A stretch of DNA of 64,000 bases from Porphyromonadaceae bacterium. Lineage in GTDB: Bacteria; Bacteroidota; Bacteroidia; Bacteroidales; Dysgonomonadaceae. The notes beneath the pieces were generated by a model. It did no database searches. It saw nothing but the letters and a program-made list of their open reading frames with translations, and was not told where the DNA came from. Numbering within the stretch: the first letter of the stretch is position 1; each line of letters opens with the position of its first letter. The stretch spans positions 22,998 through 86,997 of the forward strand of contig JAJFTO010000009.1 in assembly GCA_021372865.1 (NCBI GenBank), in the 5' to 3' direction. Both the position numbers and the translations under genes were made by a program. Shown here piece after piece: positions 40,438 to 51,104 of this stretch.

Positions 40438-41532
40438 TTACAGATATTTCACGGGGTTCGAGTCGAACGCCGATTTATGCAGCACAAAGGTAGGAATTTT
40501 TTTCGAAAGGTGATCGAAAAAGATATCTTTTGTACATATTTCCGATTCGTAATGTCCTACCACTGCGAGTAGTAATCGTCCTTCCACGTCATAAAAGTCG
40601 TTGTATTTTGCTTCACCGGTGACAAAAGCATCGGCCCCATACGCCACGGCTTTGGGAATAAGAAAGGCACCCGCACCGCCGCAGAGCGCCACATCACGAA
40701 TTTCTTTTCCCTGAATCTTGGAATGGCGAATGGCGGGTAGGTTAAAAATATCCTTTAACAGATAGAGAAATTCCTGTTCAGACATTGGCTCTGGCAGCAC
40801 CCCTACCACTCCGCTGCCGCTCTGCGGCCAATCGTTGGCAATGGGATAAAGATCAAACACCGGCTCCTCATACGGGTGCACCGCCAACAGTGCACGTAGC
40901 ACCTCCTCCTTCTTCATTGCCGGAATCACCGTTTCGATGCGTATTTCCGGTTCAAAATGCAACGTGTCGATCTCGCCCACATGCGGATGTGCTCCAGTGC
41001 GGGCACGGAAGGAACCTTCACCTGACAGGTTATAGCTACAACTGTCGTAGTTACCTATATGGCCCGCTCCTGCATTAAAGAGGGCATTGCGCACACTCTC
41101 TGCATGCTGTAGCGGCACAGTAGTCACAAACTTCAGCAGTGCGCCGCTCTGAGGCTGAAGGATCTTCACCTGCTGCAACTCAAGCATCTCTGCCAGCTTG
41201 TAGTTGACACCCCCCTGTGCATTGTCGAGGTTGGTATGGGCGGCATAAATCACGATATCCTGCTTGATGGCTTGTATGATACATCGTTCCACATAGGTTT
41301 TTCCGGTGAGCGACTTAAACGGCCGGAAGGCAATGGGATGATGCGTGACGATGAGGTTGCAGCCCAGTGCAATGGCCTCCTCCACCACATTTTCGGTAAC
41401 GTCGATGGCCAGCAGGACACCGGTAGCCTCTCTGTTGGGGTCACCCACCTGTAGTCCGCTGTTGTCGAAATCTTCCTGTAGCGGCAGGGGTGCGAGTTGT
41501 TCAATGGTTTGAAGTATTTCTCTGATGCGCAT
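40438..41532 (-). CDS. Nif3-like dinuclear metal centre protein
   Basis: MRIREIL..., DNSGLQVG, THHPI, HTNLD, HPYEEP, GHYESE. Confidence 0.9.
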   Translation of the reverse strand: MRIREILQTIEQLAPLPLQEDFDNSGLQVGDPNREATGVLLAIDVTENVVEEAIALGCNLIVTHHPIAFRPFKSLTGKTYVERCIIQAIKQDIVIYAAHTNLDNAQGGVNYKLAEMLELQQVKILQPQSGALLKFVTTVPLQHAESVRNALFNAGAGHIGNYDSCSYNLSGEGSFRARTGAHPHVGEIDTLHFEPEIRIETVIPAMKKEEVLRALLAVHPYEEPVFDLYPIANDWPQSGSGVVGVLPEPMSEQEFLYLLKDIFNLPAIRHSKIQGKEIRDVALCGGAGAFLIPKAVAYGADAFVTGEAKYNDFYDVEGRLLLAVVGHYESEICTKDIFFDHLSKKIPTFVLHKSAFDSNPVKYL

Positions 41533-41613
41533 GACGACGGGTTTTTGTGATTGTACAAATATAAGGATTTTTGTAAATTTGTAACCAACTAAACATAAAA
41601 TCAATATTCCGGC

Positions 41614-42427
41614 ATGCAAAAAAAAATCTCTGCTCTGCTGATCTGTATCGCGACGTCCACCCTTCTTTCTGCCCAACGATTCGGTATCGACACGCCGTCG
41701 TCCGGTGTATGTGGACGGATGGGCCAAACAGGTGACCTGGACACAAGACGTGACCGACCTGATTTTCCTCTTTCGGGAGGAAGTGTACGTGGGAGTATTC
41801 ATTGATACCTGGACACCTGAAGGATACAAGGTGGATGTACAACTCTCCTTCACTGAAAGTGCCCTCCGCTGCGACAAAATGCCGAAGCTGCATGTGGAGC
41901 CGCTGATCAACACCAACTACTATCTCGGGCAGAAGCATCCCGATATTTTTTCGCGACAGGATGTGAAAATACCATTTTCCATCCCACGCAAAACGAAGAA
42001 TGTACGTCTGAAGTATATCACCACCGGACATGGTGGCCACAGCGGGGGGGACGAGTTTCGTCCACAGGAAAATATTCTCTCGGTAGACGGGAAAGAGGTA
42101 CTTCGTTTCACACCGTGGCGCACCGACTGTGCCTCTTTCAGGCGATTCAACCCCACCTCCGGTGTCTGGCTACAAAAACGCATACAGGCTTTTATAGGCA
42201 AAGACGGGAAAAGAGAAGTAAAAGAGATCGAAGAGCCGCTGGCCTCATCCGACTTATCGCGGAGCAACTGGTGTCCCGGCAGCGATGTGACTCCCGAAGA
42301 GGTAAATCTGCAGGGCATCACATCGGGCAGCCATACCCTCACCATCAGCATACCGGAATCCACCCCCATCGATAAGAACAAGTTGAATCACTGGCTGGTG
42401 TCGGCCTACCTGGTCTGGGAGGAATAA
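41614..42427 (+). pseudogene. PNGase F-related protein, internally deleted: signal peptide joined out of frame to the C-terminal part
   Basis: Signal peptide MQKKISALL...LSAQ (41614-41676), then +1 frame [12 protein letters not shown]...FIDTW...[13 protein letters not shown]...SRSNWCPG. Confidence 0.7.
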
Positions 42428-42462
42428 AGTGATATCCCCGAGATAAACACTTGCGTTGGAGT

Positions 42463-43230
42463 CTACTTTACTGGGAAAATCTTCCGCATTGTATCGGCAA
42501 AGATGGCTCCCATGCGGCGTTGGATATATTTATCTTTTCCATTTTCGGGATGCCAGCCGAAGGTTTCTCCGGCAATTTCCTGCTTGTCGCCCGAAAAAAG
42601 ACGGCTCACCTGTTCGCCCGTCACGGGATGAACTGCATTTTTGGAAAACCCGATGTACTTGTCGAATTCCACCACCGGGAATCCCCATTTCTCTGCCAAC
42701 CTGCGTACCGAGCTGTTGTAGGTCACCCGTCCGTCGTGCCAGTCGGTACACAACACCACCACTGCAGGCTTACCCGCCTGTGTGTTGAAGTAAACTGAGG
42801 TAGAATCAAATTTCAGGTTATAGCATTCCGTCAGGTAGCGCTTGATCACGTAATCGAATGCGGCGGCATAGTTGCTTCGGTCAAAAGGGGTCTTGTAATC
42901 GGTATATTTCGTTTGCAACTGCGATTCATCAAACACGTCCCTGTCGTGCACCTGCATGATTACCAGCGCATCCATTGTTTCCAGCTCCTCTTTTGAGTAG
43001 AGCGTCCCTTTTACCATGCGATTGGCCGCATCGGCAATCGCCTCGCCACCGATGGCACGGTTCAGTGGAGTGGCATCTGTCAGGTCACACCCCACCTCAA
43101 ACCATCCATTGTTGGGTGAAGCAAATGAGGCACCAGCGAGCAGAAAGATGTATTTATTTTTATTGTTCTCCTGTGCAGAGAGGGTGATTGCAAAAGCAAC
43201 AAACAGAATGAACGGTATTTGTTTTTTCAT
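42463..43230 (-). CDS. Secreted SGNH-like protein (DUF5040-like)
   Basis: Signal peptide; LAGASFA, NRAIGG, FGWHP. Confidence 0.65.
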   Translation of the reverse strand: MKKQIPFILFVAFAITLSAQENNKNKYIFLLAGASFASPNNGWFEVGCDLTDATPLNRAIGGEAIADAANRMVKGTLYSKEELETMDALVIMQVHDRDVFDESQLQTKYTDYKTPFDRSNYAAAFDYVIKRYLTECYNLKFDSTSVYFNTQAGKPAVVVLCTDWHDGRVTYNSSVRRLAEKWGFPVVEFDKYIGFSKNAVHPVTGEQVSRLFSGDKQEIAGETFGWHPENGKDKYIQRRMGAIFADTMRKIFPVK

Positions 43231-43306
43231 AGATCCTTAAATAAACACGATTGACTGCAAATTTAAGTTACTATTTCGACAAGTGCAATAAACTCTGTAA
43301 TTTTAT

Positions 43307-44548
43307 TCAGTCCGTATCTTTCAATATCAGTCGCAGTGAGTTGTTTTTGGAGAAATAGTTCCAGGCCCAGTTGATGAAGATCACCAGCTTGTTGCGTACA
43401 CTCAGGATCAGCATCAGGTGGAGGAACATCCAGACAAACCAGGCAAAGCGGCCTTTGAACTTTACAAAAGGCAGGTCCACCACCGCCTTGTTGCGCCCTA
43501 CCGTGGCCATGGTACCCAGGTTGCGGTACTCATATGCTTTGAGCTCGCTGCTACCCTCTTCGGTTTTTTGCAGGTTGCGGGCCAGGTTCTTCCCCTGACC
43601 GATGGCCACATTGGCCAGCTGTGGATGTCCTTTGGGATATTTTTCAGTCTCCATGTAGGCCACATCGCCGATGGCAAACACATCGGTGAGCCCCTCCACC
43701 CGGTTGAACCGGTCTACCCTTATACGGCCATTCCGCAATAACGATGCTTCGGGAATACCGCCAATGGCATTGCCCTGTACGCCGGCCGACCAGACCACAC
43801 TCTTGCTGCGGATGGTCTCCCCGTTATTCAGCGTGAGTACCTCCCCGTCGTATTGTTGCACCAGGGTATTGGTCTTCACAATCACATCCATGGAGCGGAG
43901 ATATTTTTCTGAGTTTTTTTGTGCGAAGGGACTCATGGCCGGTAATGTGTGTGGCCCTCCCTCCAGCAGGTATACATTCACCTTCGAATAATCGATGTTT
44001 GGATAATCTTTTGGCAGTACCTCTTCCTTCATCTCGGCGAAGGCACCTGCCAGCTCCACACCGGTGGCGCCACCGCCCACGATCACAATGTTATTCAATG
44101 CCCCCTTGTCTTCGGTGTAAAGAATCTTCTCGAAGTTCATCAGCGTGGAATTCCTTACGTTCATCGCCTGGTAGGTCGACTTTAAGCCCATGGTATTTTC
44201 TTCGATTGCCTGGTTCCCGTAGAAGTTGGTACGGGTACCGGTGGCAATCACCAGGTAATCGTAGGCAAACGGTCCAATGCTGGTCTCCACCACTTTGTCC
44301 GCACTGTTTACCGACAACACTTGTGCCAGGCGGATACGCACGTCCCTTCTGTTTTGAAATATCTTCCGGATGGGAAACGAGATGGTGGCCGGCTCAATCT
44401 GCGACGCCGCCACCTGATAGAACAAGGGAGGAAACTGATGGTGGTTGATCTTGTCGATCACCATAATGTCAAACCGGCCTTTTTCTAAATGATTTACGAA
44501 TTGCAGACCGCCAAAGCCGCAACCTATCACAACAATTTTCTTTTTCAT
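43307..44548 (-). CDS. ndh: Type II NADH dehydrogenase
   Basis: GCGFGG, FPPLFYQVA, VGGGATGVELAG, AIGD, YRNLGTMATVGR. Confidence 0.88.
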   Translation of the reverse strand: MKKKIVVIGCGFGGLQFVNHLEKGRFDIMVIDKINHHQFPPLFYQVAASQIEPATISFPIRKIFQNRRDVRIRLAQVLSVNSADKVVETSIGPFAYDYLVIATGTRTNFYGNQAIEENTMGLKSTYQAMNVRNSTLMNFEKILYTEDKGALNNIVIVGGGATGVELAGAFAEMKEEVLPKDYPNIDYSKVNVYLLEGGPHTLPAMSPFAQKNSEKYLRSMDVIVKTNTLVQQYDGEVLTLNNGETIRSKSVVWSAGVQGNAIGGIPEASLLRNGRIRVDRFNRVEGLTDVFAIGDVAYMETEKYPKGHPQLANVAIGQGKNLARNLQKTEEGSSELKAYEYRNLGTMATVGRNKAVVDLPFVKFKGRFAWFVWMFLHLMLILSVRNKLVIFINWAWNYFSKNNSLRLILKDTD

Positions 44549-44612
44549 AACCCTAAACAAATAACAACTGACGTTAGAACAACTCAATGTAAATATTGTT
44601 CCAAAAAAGGGT

Positions 44613-47141
44613 TCAGAAAATCTTTGCGAACGACAACTTTATCAGAAAATCATTCTGCGGCGGGGCCTGTGCCAGTTCACACACATAATCTTCGAAAAGA
44701 AATGTCCCATCCTTTCCTTGCAGGGTTCTTCCCTGTGACCACACAAGAAACAGCACCGAACCGGGCCTGTACTCCCACCGGTATACCAGGTTGGAACGAA
44801 ACTGAAGAAAATGAAAATCGGGATTCTCATAGGGGTAAGACGTCATGGGAGTGAATCGGTCAACAAATCTCTTCGCATGCGGAGCGGTCACTGTTTTGAA
44901 ATCGGAATAATCGCCGGAGAAAAGGTAGGGTAGTGCATACCATTGCAACGACATGTCGGGAGTTATGCCGTAATTTACCCTCATCTCCATCTGAGCAATA
45001 TGCTTCCGGATGGATGACAGGATATAGGAAGGATTCTCCCCCTTCACCGTACGCACATATTGCTGATGATCAACTGCAGAAACAGACTGAGGAGCCAGAG
45101 AAAACAAGAGCCGGTTATTGGGTTTATAGGTAATATCGAGTCCGTAGGATACCGAAGAGGCGGAATTTTCGAAACCGTGTCTGAAACTCATCTCATATTC
45201 TGCCTGAAACTTTCTACGGTTATCCGACTCCACCGAAAACCAGGAAGATATTTCGCCGGGAGTACGGATAGAAGGGCCACCGCGAAGCAGGGTAGTAGAA
45301 ATTCCATTGAAGCTGCTGTTCAAACCTGCAGAAATATCATAATAGTTCCTGAACTGAAGGTATGCAAAAGATTCGGTGCCTCTCCCCAACGTTTGTCCGG
45401 AGAAATTGACGACCTGGAAGGTCGACCCGTTAAACTCGTACTGGTTCACGATGCCCCTGGGGCGCCATTCCCGGTAGGATCCCCAAACGCCATTCAAAAT
45501 CATATCAGCATTGGGTTTGTACCCGATATCGTTGAATTCCAGTCCGGGAGAGCTCCAACTTGAGAAAACCAGAAAATTGAAGTGTCCCGATATTTTACCT
45601 CCCGAGAGGGAACCTCCGAAACCGCTTAACGAGGTTCGCGTCGTATCCAGTGTAAGATGCCCGGCATCGGGTCGCTGGTAGTAGCGAGCCGATGATTGCT
45701 GCAGACGGGTAATAGCGTCAGGTAATCCGTTCAGGTGACTGAAGAAGGTTCGTGCGGTCAGAGTGTAGGATTTATTTTTCCAGTATTTTGTCAGGTTCAA
45801 TCCTCCGGTATAAGCCGATCGGGCTGCACCGGCAAACTGTACCTCGTCAATCTTTCTGTTGACTGCCGTGAGCATACCTCCCACAATGAGATTACCACTG
45901 TCGAGATCCTGTTCAAGCCTACCTGAAAAATAGTTGGAGAGCGGCTCCACCGCATAGTTATTCCTTTCACCGCCACGGTCTGTCTCGCTGTACATCTTTT
46001 GGGTTACGGCATTCAAAATACCCAGAGAGGTTCCCTTGCGTGTTTTACCCGATATTTTTACCGCCCCCAGAATGTTGGTACGATCCGGTGCCCGCACATA
46101 TTCCCCTTCCTGCGGGTCGTAAGAAAACTGGGGTTCCCGTCCCAGCCTGCGTGAATAGAAAAGCTTGTTGCGTTCGTTGTTGGTAATGTCGAACGGGTAA
46201 TGATAAATGTTGCTGCCCTCCACGAAGAAAGGTCTCTTTTCATTGAAATAGGTCTCGAAGTTGGTCAGGTTCACATCCGACGGATCCGCTTCCACCTGCC
46301 CGAAGTCCGGATTCATGGTAAAATTAAGCGTAATATCGTTTGTCAGGCTCACTTTTCCATCCACTCCAGCAGAAGCCTTTGTGCGGCGGCCGGTAGCAAA
46401 GGGGTTGTCCGTCTCCTTTTCCGAAAGAGTGAGCTGACTGAGCAGGAAAGGAACTATCTCGATCTCCTTCTTCGGCATGATGTCCTGAATGCCCTGCAGT
46501 GTACCAAAATGTGCCACAAACTGGGAAGAACTCTTATCAATGGGCTGCCAAAAAGAGAGTTCCTGAAGACGATAAATCTGCCTTCCCACCTCAAGGCCCC
46601 AGTTATAGGTTTTCTTCTTCCCGAAACGAAGTTGAGAATAAGGAATCCGTATCTCGGCATACCATCCGTCACGTTGCTGGGAAGTCTTTACTTCCCAAAT
46701 GGGATCCCACGTCTCATCAGTGCCGCTCTCTGAACGAAGGAGATCTACCTTGCTTCCCGACGCCGACACCGTGAACTCGAAAGAGGTCATTTTATCCTCG
46801 TAGCTGTCTATCGCCACACCCACCCAATCGCCATCGACATCATCACGACGCGATATACGGCGTACAATCTTGTCCGGCTCATCATCCAGTGCCTTAATGG
46901 CCACATACAGGTTGTTATCGTCATACAAAATTGCAAATAATGTCTGCTGTGAAGGTGCTGCACCTGAATTGGGTTCAAACTGTACAAAATCGCCGGACCA
47001 GAGGGCACCCGACCAACTGTCATCGGTCAGCTGTCCGTCTATTACCGGCGCCTCCAGGACACGCGAGGAAGTATAACTCTTAGGCTGTGCAGATGAGGCC
47101 ATTGAAACCATCATCATAAAGATAACAAAAAATTGACGCAT
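44613..47141 (-). CDS. CBM9-like plus DUF5916-like outer-membrane protein
   Basis: Signal peptide; APVIDGQL, NPDFGQVEAD, EKRPFF, RWEYRPGS; C-terminal F. Confidence 0.75.
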   Translation of the reverse strand: MRQFFVIFMMMVSMASSAQPKSYTSSRVLEAPVIDGQLTDDSWSGALWSGDFVQFEPNSGAAPSQQTLFAILYDDNNLYVAIKALDDEPDKIVRRISRRDDVDGDWVGVAIDSYEDKMTSFEFTVSASGSKVDLLRSESGTDETWDPIWEVKTSQQRDGWYAEIRIPYSQLRFGKKKTYNWGLEVGRQIYRLQELSFWQPIDKSSSQFVAHFGTLQGIQDIMPKKEIEIVPFLLSQLTLSEKETDNPFATGRRTKASAGVDGKVSLTNDITLNFTMNPDFGQVEADPSDVNLTNFETYFNEKRPFFVEGSNIYHYPFDITNNERNKLFYSRRLGREPQFSYDPQEGEYVRAPDRTNILGAVKISGKTRKGTSLGILNAVTQKMYSETDRGGERNNYAVEPLSNYFSGRLEQDLDSGNLIVGGMLTAVNRKIDEVQFAGAARSAYTGGLNLTKYWKNKSYTLTARTFFSHLNGLPDAITRLQQSSARYYQRPDAGHLTLDTTRTSLSGFGGSLSGGKISGHFNFLVFSSWSSPGLEFNDIGYKPNADMILNGVWGSYREWRPRGIVNQYEFNGSTFQVVNFSGQTLGRGTESFAYLQFRNYYDISAGLNSSFNGISTTLLRGGPSIRTPGEISSWFSVESDNRRKFQAEYEMSFRHGFENSASSVSYGLDITYKPNNRLLFSLAPQSVSAVDHQQYVRTVKGENPSYILSSIRKHIAQMEMRVNYGITPDMSLQWYALPYLFSGDYSDFKTVTAPHAKRFVDRFTPMTSYPYENPDFHFLQFRSNLVYRWEYRPGSVLFLVWSQGRTLQGKDGTFLFEDYVCELAQAPPQNDFLIKLSFAKIF

Positions 47142-47211
47142 AGATCATGGATGTATTTATTATCAGACACTGATAATCCTTTTTTCGTTATATTTTTAAG
47201 GTACAAATTTA

Positions 47212-47250
47212 AAAAGAAAAAAAGCGCTACGAATCACTCGCGGCGCTTTC
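47212..47250 (-). terminator. Terminator of the alpha operon
   Basis: Minus strand AAAGCGCCGCGA-GUGAU-UCGUAGCGCUUU plus U-run. Confidence 0.8.
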
Positions 47251-47361
47251 TTAATGTTTAACATTTTAAAAATCACAGCTTCACTGCAGATACACCATCG
47301 ACTGAGTTGTTAGATCTCCGTCGTAATGACAATACACCCACAGTGTTTATCTAAAAGAAGA

Positions 47362-48024
47362 TCAGGCCTTCTCTTCCGGTGCTGCATCAGCCTCCGGAGC
47401 GGCAGTTTCTTCTTTATTTTCTACTGTTTCGGGTTGCACATCCGCGGTGGTCTGTACATTTTCCACTTCGTTTTTTACCTCTTCGGTAGTCTGTACCTCT
47501 TCCACTGTTTCAGTCACCTTCGCGGTCTTGGCCTTGGCTGCCTTCGGCTCTTTCTTTGCCTTGGGAGCGGCGGCTGTATCGACTGCAGTGGCAGCTTCTC
47601 CGGTAGCTTTTCTGCGTGAACGACGTGTCTTCGCTTTCTTTGCGCCGCCGTCGCCAAGCATATTTTCATTAAAGTCTACCAGTTCAATAAAGCATGTAGC
47701 TGCATTGTCACCCAAACGGAATCCTGTTTTGATGATGCGGGTGTATCCCCCGGGACGGTCGCCCACCTTCTGCGAAACAGTCTGAAACAGCTCGGTCACG
47801 GCCATTTTACTTTGTAACTGGCTGAACACTTCTCTTCTCGAGTTGGTGCTGTCCTCCTTGCTTCTGGTGATGATGGGTTCCACGAATTTTCTCAATTCCC
47901 TGGCTTTGGGAACCGTGGTAAAGATGCGTTTGTGCATGATGAGCGAGGTAGCCATGTTGGATAACATCGCCTCACGATGCGCTGTTTTGCGTCCTAAATG
48001 ATTGAATTTCTTATTATGTCTCAT
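47362..48024 (-). CDS. rplQ: 50S ribosomal protein L17 with long C-terminal extension
   Basis: [20 protein letters not shown]. Confidence 0.97.
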   Translation of the reverse strand: MRHNKKFNHLGRKTAHREAMLSNMATSLIMHKRIFTTVPKARELRKFVEPIITRSKEDSTNSRREVFSQLQSKMAVTELFQTVSQKVGDRPGGYTRIIKTGFRLGDNAATCFIELVDFNENMLGDGGAKKAKTRRSRRKATGEAATAVDTAAAPKAKKEPKAAKAKTAKVTETVEEVQTTEEVKNEVENVQTTADVQPETVENKEETAAPEADAAPEEKA

Positions 48025-48032
48025 TGTAGTCG

Positions 48033-49034
48033 TTAGTCTTTATCTAATTTGTATTTCGATATATCCATTCCAAATTGCAGCTTCAGGCCATCGAGCAGTT
48101 CTTCCAGCTCGGTCAGCGATTTTTTACCGAAGTTGCGGAACTTGAGCAAATCGTTCTTGTTGTGCGACACCAATTGTCCCAGTGTCTCCACATCAGCTGC
48201 CTTCAGGCAGTTGAGTGCCCTCACTGAGAGGTTGAGATCCGACAATTTGCGTTTGAGCAGCTGACGCATGTGTAATACTTCTTCATCGAACTCCTCGATG
48301 TTTTCCGCATCGGAAGTTTCCAACATGATCTTATTGTCGTCAGAAAACAATACGAAGTGTTGAATCAGTATCTTGGATGCTTCCTTCAGTGCCTCTTTGG
48401 GATGAATGGATCCATCGGTGGAAATCTCAATAATTAGTTTTTCGTAGTCCGTCTTCTGTTCGATACGGTAATCTTCTATCTCGTATTTTACGTTGCGGAT
48501 CGGAGTGAAAATCGAGTCTATGGCAATGGTCTGCACATCGTCGGAAGCCAGCATCTCCCGATTCTCATCGGCAGGGACATAGCCTCTACCCTTGTTGATA
48601 GTCAGCTCCATACGAAGATCGGCCTTCTTGTTCATCCGGCAGATCTCAAGCTCGGGATTCAGCACTTCGAAACCGGTCAGTAATTTACCAATATCTCCGG
48701 CCTTAAACACTTCCGTTCCCGAAATAGCGATGCTCACTTTTTCTGTTTCAAACTCTTCTACTATCCTTTTAAATCTTACTTTCTTCAGATTCAGGATAAT
48801 ACCTGTTACATCTTCAATTACGCCCGGAATGGTTGCAAATTCATGCTCCACTCCGTCTATCTTAACCGATGTAATAGCGAATCCTTCCAGCGAGGAAAGC
48901 AGGATACGGCGCAAGGCGTTGCCTATAGTAATACCATAACCTGGCTCCAGCGGGCGGAATTCGAATTTACCGGAGAAGGCGTTCTCCTGTAACATGATTA
49001 CCTTATCGGGTTTTTGGAATGCTAATATTGCCAT
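48033..49034 (-). CDS. rpoA: RNA polymerase alpha subunit
   Basis: [32 protein letters not shown]. Confidence 0.98.
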   Translation of the reverse strand: MAILAFQKPDKVIMLQENAFSGKFEFRPLEPGYGITIGNALRRILLSSLEGFAITSVKIDGVEHEFATIPGVIEDVTGIILNLKKVRFKRIVEEFETEKVSIAISGTEVFKAGDIGKLLTGFEVLNPELEICRMNKKADLRMELTINKGRGYVPADENREMLASDDVQTIAIDSIFTPIRNVKYEIEDYRIEQKTDYEKLIIEISTDGSIHPKEALKEASKILIQHFVLFSDDNKIMLETSDAENIEEFDEEVLHMRQLLKRKLSDLNLSVRALNCLKAADVETLGQLVSHNKNDLLKFRNFGKKSLTELEELLDGLKLQFGMDISKYKLDKD

Positions 49035-49038
49035 GAAA

Positions 49039-49647
49039 TTATTGTTTAGAATATAATTCTACGATGAGTTGTTCTTTGATGCTTTCAGGGATGTCTGCTC
49101 TTTCGGGCACGTGCAACATTTTACCGCTCAAAGTACCTTTATCCCACTCCAGCCAGGGATATTTGCTGTGGTTGAAACCTGCAAGGGCATTTACGACAAC
49201 TTCCATCGATTTTGATTTTTCTCTCACACCCACCACGTCACCCGCTTTCACGGTATAGGAAGGGATGTTCAGTACCTGGCCGTTCACCACAATATGACGG
49301 TGTGTTACCAGCTGACGTGCAGCCGCCCTCGTGGGAGCAATACCCAGGCGGTATACGATGTTATCAAGACGCGACTCGAGCAATTGAAGCAGTACCTCAC
49401 CGGTAATACCGCGGCTGCGGGCAGCTCTGTCAAATGTCAGACGAAACTGTTTCTCCAGTACGCCATACGTATATTTGGCGCGTTGTTTCTCACGCAACTG
49501 TATGCCGTACTCCGACGTTTTACGTCTACGCGAGTTACCGTGTTGTCCCGGAGGATAGTTCTTCTTGGTGAGAACCTTGTCGGGACCGAAAATAGGTTCG
49601 CCGAATTTGCGGGCGATTTTTGATTTTGGACCAATATATCTTGCCAT
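49039..49647 (-). CDS. rpsD: 30S ribosomal protein S4
   Basis: [20 protein letters not shown]. Confidence 0.98.
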   Translation of the reverse strand: MARYIGPKSKIARKFGEPIFGPDKVLTKKNYPPGQHGNSRRRKTSEYGIQLREKQRAKYTYGVLEKQFRLTFDRAARSRGITGEVLLQLLESRLDNIVYRLGIAPTRAAARQLVTHRHIVVNGQVLNIPSYTVKAGDVVGVREKSKSMEVVVNALAGFNHSKYPWLEWDKGTLSGKMLHVPERADIPESIKEQLIVELYSKQ

Positions 49648-49649
49648 CT

Positions 49650-49755
49650 TTACAATTAAACTTTATGAAGCCTAAACTGTGCAGCCGCGATTACAGAGAA
49701 GTTGTGTTGTAATCAATCACAGCTCAAGTTTCAAGATAAATGAAACTTAAATAAT
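49650..49755 (-). promoter_or_regulatory. Putative structured rpsD leader (S4-Bacteroidia-like r-leader)
   Basis: 111-nt rpsK-rpsD spacer with pairable segments AAGTTTCA/TGAAACTT and GATTACA/TGTAATC; family match is from recall only. Confidence 0.5.
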
Positions 49756-49758
49756 TAA

Positions 49759-50148
49759 TTAAACTTTTCTCTGTTTCGGGGGACGACATCCATTGTGTGG
49801 CAGTGGCGTCACGTCCACAATCTCTGTCACTTCAATCCCTGCACCGTGAATGGTCCTGATGGCCGATTCACGTCCGTTACCCGGTCCTTTCACATAGGCT
49901 TTCACCTTGCGCAAACCCAAATCAAAGGCTGTTTTTGCGCAATCCTGTGCTACCATCTGGGCAGCATAGGGTGTATTCTTCTTGGAGCTTCTGAAACCCA
50001 TCTTACCGGCCGAAGACCAACTGATCACTTCCCCATTCTCATTGGTTAACGAAACAATGATGTTGTTGAACGATGATGAGATGTGGGCCTGGCCTGCGGC
50101 GCTTACCTTTACATTTCTCTTTTTTGCTGCAACTGTTCTTTTTGCCAT
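49759..50148 (-). CDS. rpsK: 30S ribosomal protein S11
   Basis: [23 protein letters not shown]. Confidence 0.98.
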   Translation of the reverse strand: MAKRTVAAKKRNVKVSAAGQAHISSSFNNIIVSLTNENGEVISWSSAGKMGFRSSKKNTPYAAQMVAQDCAKTAFDLGLRKVKAYVKGPGNGRESAIRTIHGAGIEVTEIVDVTPLPHNGCRPPKQRKV

Positions 50149-50159
50149 GTTACCTTCTG

Positions 50160-50540
50160 TTATTTAGTAGCTTTTTTCTTGTTAGCAACGGTTTTCTTTC
50201 TACCCTTACGTGTACGGGCATTGTTCTTTGTACTCTGTCCGCGTACAGGTAATCCGATACGGTGACGGATGCCACGGTAGCAACCGATGTCCATCAACCG
50301 TTTAATGTTCAACTGAATCTCTGAACGCAGATCACCTTCCACTTTGAATTCTTTGCCAATAATCTCACGAATGCTGGCTGCCTGCTCGTCGGTCCAGTCC
50401 TTCACTTTGATGTCTTTATCAACTTCTGCTTTTGCTAAAATGGTGTTCGCTGCACTGCGTCCGATGCCGTAAATATAGGTCAGGGCAATTTCGCCTCTTT
50501 TATTCTGCGGCAGGTCGACACCCACAATTCTTATAGCCAT
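50160..50540 (-). CDS. rpsM: 30S ribosomal protein S13
   Basis: [19 protein letters not shown]. Confidence 0.98.
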   Translation of the reverse strand: MAIRIVGVDLPQNKRGEIALTYIYGIGRSAANTILAKAEVDKDIKVKDWTDEQAASIREIIGKEFKVEGDLRSEIQLNIKRLMDIGCYRGIRHRIGLPVRGQSTKNNARTRKGRKKTVANKKKATK

Positions 50541-50577
50541 ATATGTCTTATAATTATTTGATTACAATGATAATAAA

Positions 50578-50694
50578 TTATCCCTGACGTTGTTTGAATT
50601 TGGGATTCTTCTTGTTGATGATATACAGACGGCCCTTTCTTCTTACAATCTTGCAGTCGTCCGTGCGTTTCTTGAGTGATGCTCTTACTTTCAT
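50578..50694 (-). CDS. rpmJ: 50S ribosomal protein L36 (absent from the ORF track)
   Basis: [38 protein letters not shown]. Confidence 0.95.
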   Translation of the reverse strand: MKVRASLKKRTDDCKIVRRKGRLYIINKKNPKFKQRQG

Positions 50695-50721
50695 ATGATT
50701 TGTTTTTTTTCGTTTTAATTC

Positions 50722-50870
50722 TTAGCTGTCAGGTTTCAGCGGTCAGCTTTGTACAGGGGTTGTTGTTTCTTTCAACCGTTTGAAAGTAGCTTTCAGTATT
50801 AAATCCGAGCCGCTGCCCGTTGCAACTTTCTACTACCAGAACTGATTCCTGATTCCTGACTCCTGACTCC
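50722..50870. repeat. Core+heptamer repeat after infA with an oppositely oriented heptamer arm
   Basis: 50808-50870 core plus (CCTGAYT)n; 50723-50750 TAGCTGT CAGGTTT CAGCGGT CAGCTTT. Confidence 0.8.
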
Positions 50871-51089
50871 TTATTTATATCTGAACGAAATCCTTCCTTT
50901 CGAAAGGTCGTACGGCGACATTTCCACCCTTACCCTGTCTCCCGGAAGAATACGGATATAATGCATACGCATCTTTCCCGAGATATGAGCAGTTATTTCG
51001 TGTCCGTTTTCCAGTTCCACACGGAACATCGCGTTCGACAATGCTTCAATAATGGTTCCGTCCTGTTCTATTGCTGCTTGTTTGGCCAT
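50871..51089 (-). CDS. infA: Translation initiation factor IF-1
   Basis: [13 protein letters not shown]. Confidence 0.98.
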   Translation of the reverse strand: MAKQAAIEQDGTIIEALSNAMFRVELENGHEITAHISGKMRMHYIRILPGDRVRVEMSPYDLSKGRISFRYK

Positions 51090-51104
51090 GCAATCAATAC
51101 TCTT

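Noticed and set aside
41533-41916. 128-aa N-terminal extension of the Nif3 ORF
   Set aside because: It overlaps the divergent PNGase relic; the family start is at 41532.
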